From Rotaria socialis (lineage: Eukaryota), in the NCBI GenBank assembly GCA_905331295.1, contig CAJNYD010000056.1:1-64000 (forward strand): a stretch of 64,000 bases of DNA, in the 5' to 3' direction. Positions 54,258-64,000 of this stretch are shown one piece after another; position 1 is the first letter of the stretch, and each line of letters opens with the position of its first letter. The translations under genes and the position numbers were made by a program. The notes beneath the pieces are model-generated. The model did no database searches. It was given only the letters and a program-made list of their open reading frames with translations, and was not told the origin of the DNA.

Positions 54258-57200
54258 ATGAGTATTTACATAAGAGAAGTAAATGACACTGCAATTTACG
54301 TTTCAATTCCTTTTCTTTGTGCTTAAAATTAGGATTTAACACGTAATGAAAAGATCCAGCAAGCAAGAAGAATTTTGAATGAAAATAAACATTCACTTGA
54401 TGCATGGTCGATACTCATTCAGGATGCTCAAGTTTGTTATTTTTTTTATCAAATTGAATTAAAGAATTTCTATTTTGAAAAAATGTTTCAGGATAAGAAA
54501 ATAGCAGAAACTCGTGAATTTTATGAATCTCTGGTGACACAGTTTCCAACATGTGGAAAATTTTGGAAACTCTATATTGAATCAGAAGTAAGTTTTGATT
54601 TATTTATTAGAGAAAGAAAAGCTAACAGATGGAATATTTTAGATGAAAGGACGAAACTACGAAAAAGTTGAAAAGGTATGTATTCTTGAAGTCGAGAAGA
54701 TCTATACATCTTGATATTATCAGTTGTTAATAAGGCAATTAGTGATTTGCATAGTTATTGACAATTTTTCTTGTAGGACATAATTCAATCTCAAAATAAA
54801 AAGAAACAGTCTCTTTTTTCCTCATTCAAATACATGTGGTACGATGAAAAGCTACTTTATAGGCACTACTCAATAGTTAACTTCGACTCCTTTTTCTATC
54901 TCATTCTGTTCCCATAAAATAATATGCAAACCTTAGAAACATATTTTACAACAAGATGTGATAGATACGCTTTCCTGCTTTTACAACGCGTACTGCTCGG
55001 AAGATAAATATTTTCAGTCAAACGAATTTATAATTTCAAGAACTAGTGAACAATCGTAGATTTGATTTTCGTAATATTTATTCTGGATTAGGAAAGGAGG
55101 TTTCATTGTAAACAAGAGAGATGTCTGTAAATGAACAACAATAATAACGAAATTGGTTATAAGATAACTTTAGTGTGAATAAATGTTCGTAGCTGTTTAA
55201 TAATACTCTGGAGGATGTTTCTATTAAGATAATAGTTTATGCGAAATTGCTTGTAACCATTGCAGTATTTTTAATTGTCTATTACATTTAGTTATTTCAA
55301 CGATGTTTAATAAAAGTATTGAATATTGATCTATGGAAATGTTATTTAAATTATGTTCGTGATACTAAAGGCAAACTATCATCATTCAGGTTTGAATTGT
55401 TTTCTTGTTTATTTAGAACTTACATTTATTTTGAAACAAGAGTAGATCAGTAAACTTCAAGATACTGAACATCTGTGCTCGCTAAAATTGTTCCGTAGAC
55501 AGTTTGGGATAAAACTATTCTTTTGATTTTGTAGAATAGATAAATAAAACACTTGACATTCACAATTTAGTTTTGAACTAGCAGTGCGTTTGGTCGCCGT
55601 AATAAATTGAGAAATACTCATAAATAGAAATTTCTTATGCAAACTACTATAAGCGCGTTATAAAAAAAAAGTAGCATGTCCTTCGCTTGCTCTCGAGTAT
55701 ATTGTCAGTTGTGAGGATATTCTATATTTTATGGCTAAATGTCAATTTAGGAAAACAAGCATTTAAATGGAGGCATCAATCATCGAGAGTACACCTCAAA
55801 ATTCTTAGTTGACCAATAACATCCAGAGACGAGGGGCAGTCAAGCAAATAGTGTTCGTACTTTTTTGCTAATAAAATAAATAAAAATTTTACTGACCAAC
55901 TATTATGTTTACTCACAAATTTATTTAATTTTCAAGGTTTCTGAAAGGATAGATTTATATTTATATTACCTGTATATATTTGTTCAGAGAAAAAATGGTG
56001 CAAGCGTACGATTTTGCATTGGAAAAAATTGGAATGGATGTCTATTCATATACTATTTGGAATGATTATATTACTTTTCTTAAATCTGTGTAAGTATTTT
56101 TCAAATGAAAGCAAAATAAACATAAATTGATTTTTATTCGAATTCAAAATATAAATATTTCATCGAATCGAATGTGTTTTGTTTTGTAATTCATAGTGAA
56201 GCAGTTGGTTCATTTGATGAAAATAAAAAAATTACAGCCGTCCGAAAAGTCTATCAAAAGGGTATTATGACACCCATGACTAATGTGGAATTATTATGGA
56301 AAGATTATTGTACTTATGAAATGGTATGTTAATATTCTATAAATTAAAATCAACTATTTCAATTGAATGTTGTTATTAGGGTATTAATCAAACACTAGCT
56401 AAAAAAATTATTGAAGAACGTTCTCGTGAATTTTCAAATGTTAAACGTGTAACAAAAGAATTTGAAACATTAGCACGTGCTATCGATCGTAATATACCAT
56501 GTGTGCCACCCTCAGCACCACAATCAGCTGATGAAATAAAACAAGTAACGGCATGGAGAAAATTTATTCTATGGGAACGATCGAATCCATTGAAAACTGA
56601 AGATGTATTACTTGTTGCTCGTCGAGTTGTTCTAGCTTATGAGCAATGTTTACTTTGTCTTGGTTATCATCCTGATCTTTGGTAGGTATTTTCTTTTGTT
56701 TTTGGAAAACTATGTGGCGATTTGCATTCAGTTGTTTGTTAGTGCTTTATCGTATCTTACGAGGAAAGGTCACAAAGTGTTTGTAACGATTTCTGATGTT
56801 ATGGATATTGTTATGTTTGGCGTTGAGTGTAAATTTTATTTCAATATCAAAAATCGTACTCTCCTGTATTTCTCTCGTTCCTTATATACTATTTTCTAGC
56901 ATTTAAAGACCTTGAGAAATACCGTAAATACAATAAAACAAGAAAGTGTAGTATAAGATAAGGTGTACGCATTGGTGCTATGCTAACGTGCTGATGGTGG
57001 GATAAATATTACAACGGTGATGTTGCATACTCCATCTGGTACTAAGCGCGAGCCAAGGACAAAATCCCTAGTACTCTTGCGTAGTGAGAAAGAGAACTAG
57101 ATAAGAGTATGGATGAGAAACTAGCAAGATGGTGCCCTTGAGGTTTATTTCATTCGAGGGTTTGCAACTTCTAGAATAGATCGTTACAGTGTTCAATCGC

Positions 57201-59845
57201 TTTTGCGTTGAAACTGCTTACATTATGTAGCTCCCAAGGAGTTATGAATACGCTGAAAATATTTTGGGCGGATAGCTTATTGTTACGAAAATAGACCATT
57301 TCTAAGGTATGGGTTTTAGTGAGAGCCTGGGCTCCCCCTCAGAAACATTAAAACAATTGATTTTTGAATTTCAACTTGAAACTTTACATAGAAAGACGCC
57401 CTAAGGAGGACAAGTTTTTGTGAACATTTCAGACCTTTCTACGTTTCCTATCACTAGACACAGTTATTGTGAAATTTTTATTTTACATCTTTCAAATAAA
57501 GTGGCAGATTTTATGAGAAAAACAAATTCAATGACCAAAAACATTCATAAAACACTATTCTCGTTGAGCTCTGTTGTTATATAAAATTTCAAATCAAAAT
57601 TCGAAAATCAATTTTTCTAATGTTCCTGAGGGGAAGTACGGCAATCAAAAACAATGCCATTAAAATGGTCTATTTTCTTAACAATAAGCTATCTGCCCAA
57701 AATATTTTCAGCGTATTCATAACTCCTTGGGAGCTACATAAAACATGCAGTTTCAACGAAAAAGCGATTGAACACTTGGTGGTCTTCCCTCGTTAGAGAT
57801 AGGAATTTCATGCTAACTACTAATAGTAGCTATGTCAATGGCAGCTATCTTATGAATAAATTCGCACAGGATTTCGGTTATCGTATGTTTCATACTGTAA
57901 GACTTAACGAATCGGATCGATTAGCAGCAGCAATTTCTAGTTTAAACCAGTCACAGTCTTGAAAATCAAAACATTATGAAAGTAACAGATTATTACTTCA
58001 TTTCATGGTAAAGAAATTGTCAATATATATATCAAACGACACGAAATTTAACTATTAATTCTATATTACGTTTTAACAAATCATTAAATCGATACAAAAT
58101 TTGATTTAATTTTAACATTATAATCTATTCAGGTATGAAGCATGCGCATTCTTAGAACAAACATCACGTGAATATTCTGACAAGGGTGATGCTCATTTAA
58201 CAAAGCGTTTTCTTGACGATGCAGCTATATTATATGAACGTTCAGTTCAAACATTTATGCGTTCCAATATGTTGATACATTTTGCCTATGCCGATTTTGA
58301 AGAACAACGCTTAAATGTTGATAAAGCTCGCTCTATCTATAATCGTTTATTAGATGTCAACGAAGCAAACCTAAAAGATCCAACATTGGCCTATATACAA
58401 GCCATGCGTTTTGAACGACGTACCGAAGGTATAAAAGCAGCACGTACATTATTTAAACGTGCACGTGAAGATACACGTACAAATCATCAAGTCTATGTTG
58501 CAGCTGCCTTGATGGAATATTATTGTTCGAAAGATAATAATATTGCATTTAATATATTTAATCTTGGCTTAAAAAAATACGGTCAAAATCTTGATTATAT
58601 CTTAGCTTATATTGATTATATGACACATTTAAATGAAGATCATAATGCGCGCGTTTTATTTGAACGTATTTTATCGCCAAATAATTCAATTACGAAACAA
58701 TCTCAACCAGCAATTTGGCATGAATTTCTTAGATTTGAATCTCAAGTAGGCGATCTACCGTCGATAAAGAAAGTTGAAAAACGACGGTTAGCTTTACATG
58801 TGGAATTAAATGAATTAGAAGGTCGAGAAACATTATTACTAGTTGATCGTTATAAATTTCTTAATTTATTACCATGTTCAAATGATGAACTTAAATTGCT
58901 TGGCTATAAAGATGTATCAAATATAAATCTATCGTCGACAAATACATCATTACTAACTAATGGTTCAGTTGTTAATGGTACAGCATTATTAGAACAAGCT
59001 GCCAAAGATCGACGAGCTATTTTACCTCGACCTGACATTAAACATTTAATGCCTTTTCGACCAACACGTAATCCACTACCTGGCAGTCATTCAACACCCG
59101 GTGGAGTTTTTCCATTGCCTGACACAGCACTTTATCTTGTTAAAGTTCTTCCGCCATCAAGAAATTTCGAAGTAAATAAATTTTTTCGAAGTCACAAAAA
59201 AGCAAACACTTTAATTCTTTGATTTATTTTTTAAATAGGGTCCATTTGTTATTATTGATGACTTAATGGAACGAGTTGCTCGTCTCAATATACCTGACAG
59301 TAAGTTTTTTTCCCATTCATATTCACTTTTCTTTAATAATTGCTATCTAAACTCTTCGATATATTTTTATTAGCTGAGAGAAAAACTTGCCTATATATAG
59401 ACTACAGTATTCCCCTTGATCCTTTAGAAATATATCCAGCGGAAAATGAACTAAAACGAATGCGAGACAAATTCAGTATGCAAATAATATTAAATTGAAT
59501 ACAAATTGATTTACGTCCGGAAAAGAGGCGCCTATTGAATCCGAAGTGTTTATGAAATTTTTCATAGTGATATAACATTTAAGTCTGTGCGCATTTTCAG
59601 ATTTCGATCCAGTACGTATCAGTGTTCAAGGTGAACTAATTCGTGATCTCGATTCATCAAATGCAAACAATAGTCAACAAAGTCGTAAAATGGGTCTTGC
59701 TGATAGTGACGATGAAGAACAACAACCTCAATTGAATGCGAGTGACCGTTCAACTATGGATATTTATCGACAACGACAACAAAAACGTGTTAAACTTACA
59801 AAAAACATTTCTACGGATCAAATAACAGCTCCGGTGGTTACTTAA
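54258..59845 (+). CDS. CSTF3: Cleavage stimulation factor subunit 3 (CstF-77 / suppressor of forked), multi-exon
   Basis: [69 protein letters not shown] repeats, PGGVFP, C-terminal [10 protein letters not shown]. The start exon (MSIYIRE) is less certain. Confidence 0.95.
57187..57776. mobile_element. Tc1/mariner-like MITE with ~200 bp TIRs in CSTF3 intron
   Basis: TA-CAGTGTTCAATCGCTTTT...ATGTAGCTCCCAAGGAGTTATGAATACGCTGAAAATATTTTGGGC is mirrored at ~57580-57776. Confidence 0.85.
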
Positions 59846-61140
59846 TGTCTGTTCTTTTTTTTTCTGTGCTGTATTCTTCCTTTTTTTTGTTTCCATATCA
59901 AGTTCATGCTGAACCATTGTGTATGTAAATAAGAATTAATCACTGATCGAAAATACACTCGAATCAATGCATTAAAATATTTTCTTTTTCTTGTTTTATT
60001 CAACGAAACAATCTGGTAGAAATCAATTGTATTATTTTTCTGATGAGGAAATCGATGTCTAAGTGACAGAAGCGCCTGAGAGACGATACTTGTTATCTTA
60101 GTTAGTCCATTGAGAACAAACAAAATCTTAAATAAGTCATGTTCAAGTTGCTTTTTTCTCTCGATGTGCGACTATTTTTACTGAGCTTACAGTCAAGTGT
60201 TAAACATATCATCGAATATTTGTCGTTGCTATTTTGTCTATGGCGAAGCTATTTTTTATGCCAGATCGAAACAATCGTTGGAGCTGAAAGTTTCAGTCTG
60301 TAACATGAATTTTGAATATAGAGGCGTAGGAACGATAAATGATTTTGAAATTTCGCATAGAGACAAGCATTTATGAGAATAGTTACAAGCTCCATATTCA
60401 AAACTTGTTGTAGCTCATAAGATGCGCATAATTACAAATCAATTGATATAATTTCTCTATAAGCGTTGAAATAATTGAACAAAAATATTTTAAAAGGTGG
60501 TACCTTTATAATTTTCAACATCTGTATTAAGGAGCTAAAATTTGATCACAAATCAAACTATTTGAAAAAGTCCAACATCTAAAAAATTCACCCAGACATT
60601 AATTCAATTGTGTACTTTGATAGCAAACGGGCGTCACTCGATTGCGTACACGGAATACCGCATTATAAAATGCCAATGTTATTCTTTTATGCTAAGATAT
60701 CGTTTAATGACTCGTAACTTTCTTAGCGGCCAACTAAAAAATATCGTCCTGCCTTTTGAAACACACATCAAAGACAAAATAGAGTTTCGAGTAACAGAAA
60801 AGTTGACACAATTTTCAGTAATAGACAATCGTGTATACTTGCTATTTAGAAGTATCGAGGTAGCAAAAAAAAACTCATTATTTATTCTACTGTCACTAGA
60901 ACGTCAGTCGAAAGGTCATCCGCTCTTCTAAATTAGAAAATGACGACATAATATAGTTATACCTTCATATGTAATGTGTGAGAACAGTTGGCATTCATAG
61001 ATGGAAAAAAGAGTCGCAGTTTAACGAAGCAAAGCTGGCAACTTTCTCGAATCAATTCTCTTTCAGCTGAACTAAACTATGACTCGATAGAAATACAATT
61101 AGTTCTTTATTATTATGTTTCTATTTGTTCCAATTTGTAG

Positions 61141-62562
61141 ATGTCTCGTCTAGAAGATCTTCCGGGCGAAATCCTCATGTTAATATTTGAATATATGGAT
61201 GTTGAAGATGTTTGGACAATATTTTTTAATATGACTGTCAGATTTAATATACTTGTATTTGATTCTCGTTTGCGTTTAACAGTGAATACATCAAAACTTG
61301 GCAAATCTAAATTCGATGAATTTTGTTTATCATTAGCTGAGAGAAATTGCAATAATATTTATTCATTGACATTATCAAATAATTATTTTCGATATCCACA
61401 AATTCGTCAATTTCTATTCAATACAAGTTTTATTTATTTTCAATCGTTATATTCATTAACTTTAATTGATATAAATTATGGTGAATTGATGAAAACAACA
61501 AAGCAAATAAAACAATTAACTAGTCTAAATCATTTGCATATCAATACACACGAAATATTTGATGATAAACAACTGATGGATGCAGCACAAGCACTATTGG
61601 ATCAACCAAAAATACATGTTTTAGATATCAATTTTCATGAAGTAAATTAAATAGAATGCTGAATGAAAAGGAGATAGATTAGATTCACGCTTTGCTTCTG
61701 TTCAATTCTATTTTGAATTCTTGGTCTTGGGGAAATTTCAATAATAGCTAGAAGAGAAGTATCTGCATGGTCAATGGCATGGTTCGGTCCCTTAAATTAG
61801 AATCCACGTATAGGGATGCTCGGGTTCATCAAGTTTGATATATTTCTATCTCTCATATTATTATTTTCGCCCTTCCATTTCTTAGAAACAAAGAAAGATA
61901 TGACTATATGAACTAAAATCATTTAATATTTTACTGTACGAGAAAATTTACTCCGTAAACGAAAGTTAAATGAATGATATTTTTTCATTATTTTCTTATA
62001 GAAAATGCAATGGCATACAAACAAACTAATTTTATTATCTAACCTTGAAGTACTATCATTAAACTTCATAAGTATTGATCGATTATTCTCACTTTTACCC
62101 TATTGTCCAAAACTTCGTTCACTATCAATGACACTTGATTCTCGGAGTACTTCATCCGCGCCCAACGATGCGAGTGAACTATCAACAAAACCAATTCAAA
62201 CATTTCCTCAAATACGCAATCTTCGATTTTGTCTTCGTTCATTTAATCTCCCGGTTCTTCAATGTTTATTAAATGCTCTACCGTCGATTACACTTTTGTC
62301 AATCGATACTCTCATATACAATGAAGAATATATACGTGCTCCGTTTTGGACATTATTATTACAGCAACGATTACCATTGTTAGAACGTATCAGATTAATT
62401 TTACGAGGATTTTTCACTTTACAACCAAATAAAGTTATCGTTCTATACCGACGAAATCTCATTGATGGTTATAAATGCGATCGATATTGGCTTGATCGAG
62501 CGCATAGAAAAATATTCGTTTGTTACGAAAACCCAACGTCCGTGGTGCTTCAAATTCGATAA
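61141..62562 (+). CDS. F-box/LRR-like protein (2 exons: 61141-61641, 62002-62562)
   Basis: LEDLPGEILMLIFEYM F-box-like start, LxxLxL repeats, phase-0 GT-AG intron. Confidence 0.85.
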
Positions 62563-62649
62563 ATCTTTTTGTATGAAATTTTTAATGCTTTTTTAGCGCT
62601 GTAATTTTTCTTTGTATTAATAAGAACGAGAAATTATTTACTATAGAAG

Positions 62650-62976
62650 AATGACTTGATAAGGCATGAAGAGGTTCTTTCGTACGAGCGTTTAGAAATC
62701 AAAATTTAATCGGTACATAAAGCTAGCCGTCCGTAGAATATACTGAAGTTTCAGCCGGGAATAATATTCTAATGAGAGGATATTCAATTTTTAAAAACAT
62801 GATAAGTTGCCATTGGTATATCAAATTTTCCTTGAAGTTTCAACTGATCGACTGAAGTTTTTAGGATATTTGATGGATTATTAGACGAAGCCTACTGATG
62901 AAACTATAAATCAAAAATAGAGTAGAAATTTCGTACCATGTCCTCCATCATAGGTCACATGCCTTATCAAGTCATT
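62650..62976. mobile_element. MITE-like element with 19-bp perfect TIR
   Basis: AATGACTTGATAAGGCATG / CATGCCTTATCAAGTCATT. Confidence 0.65.
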
Positions 62977-63119
62977 GTGTTGAATTAATGATAAGCTTAA
63001 TCCTTAGCTATTCATTCGATCGATTATTTTTGCTTGTTTTTTTGCTTCTGTTATACTGATAGATATTCGAAGAGTAATGAGAATTTGATAGACAAGTATT
63101 ATTTTGTTTGCCTTTTTAG

Positions 63120-64000
63120 ATGTCTTCAGTATTATTTGATCTTATTCTTGTTTGGTCTTCCCAAGAATCTGATGCCGATTATTTGGAATTACAAAATTTG
63201 CTGAAGACTGAATTTCCTAATGAATTTCTTATTCATTCATTTACCACAACAAAACAAGCAATTGAACATGTTCAATCAATAAAAAAACCTTCTCGATTAT
63301 CAATCGTAATTACAAAATTAGGTACCAATGAAGAAACATCAAGTAAACCATTAATTGAAGCCATTCGTTCACATGATAAACATACTTTCATTATACTTCA
63401 CTCTTGTACAGCGTGTCGTGATCCGAATATTCGGTAAAATTTTCATTAGAATATTTATGAATGATTCTTTTTTAATCTTCTTTAAGATGGTCTTTTGCTT
63501 CTCTCGGTGTTAATATGATAACAGAAACTATCAAACCAATTCGTGATGTATTTCAACAATTAATTCCATTAGCTCAACCAAGTTCCAAATCAAAATATGC
63601 CTGTCTTTATTGTAAATGGCCATCATTTTCACTTGAACAACTTTGTATTCATGTTCCACTTTATCATACAAATGAACAAGAATTTTCTGTTAAATGTAAT
63701 TTGTGTCAACGACCAACACATAATTATGCTGTACATTTACATGACGAACACAGCCCAGAACAACACCCACGATCAATAGCAGGACCGTTATATGCATTTT
63801 CTTTAGTTGTATGTCGACGCAAACGTGATAACTGTTTTCTTGTTGTTCAAGAATCCGGTTCGATGGGTTTTTGGTTACCTGGAGGTCGTGTTGAACTAGG
63901 AGAACAGCTTGACAAAGCAGCTGAACGTGAAACATTGGAAGAAGCAGGTGTTAAAATAAGATTGACTGGAGTATTAAAAATTGAATTCATACCACGAAGT
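63120..64000 (+). CDS. Nudix hydrolase with N-terminal receiver-like domain and paired C2H2 (Di19-like) zinc fingers; partial
   Basis: Exons 63120-63433 and 63487->64000 (53-bp intron). CLYC...HVPLYH and CNLC...HLHDEH, then Nudix box GGRVELGEQLDKAAERETLEEAGV. Confidence 0.85.

Overview
AT-rich eukaryotic genomic DNA with many short (~50-60 bp) GT-AG introns. The intron size, lineage-expanded F-box/LRR and GPCR families and bacterial-type genes suggest a bdelloid rotifer (inference only). The left half (1-33 kb) is an accessory region. It holds a local duplication of an F-box-like + SDR9C-type dehydrogenase block (copy 1 interrupted by a single-N assembly join, copy 2 carrying a TTAA piggyBac-like insertion). 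It also holds a 5-exon gene joining a TDP-43-N-like domain to several TM helices (one in-frame stop), a GPCR with one in-frame stop, a 6-exon type I membrane mucin/Sib-like protein and many MITE/foldback elements. The right half holds a NOSTRIN-like F-BAR/HR1/SH3 gene with several candidate cassette exons and a bacterial-type YjdF/DUF2238 gene with a probable acquired intron. Further right are a tightly packed, co-oriented dymeclin-MFF-CSTF3 trio (152 and 160 bp gaps, operon-like), an F-box/LRR gene and a receiver-like/zinc-finger/Nudix gene running off the window end. Gene models were assembled by eye from splice signals and reading-frame phase; family calls come from recalled motifs, not database searches.
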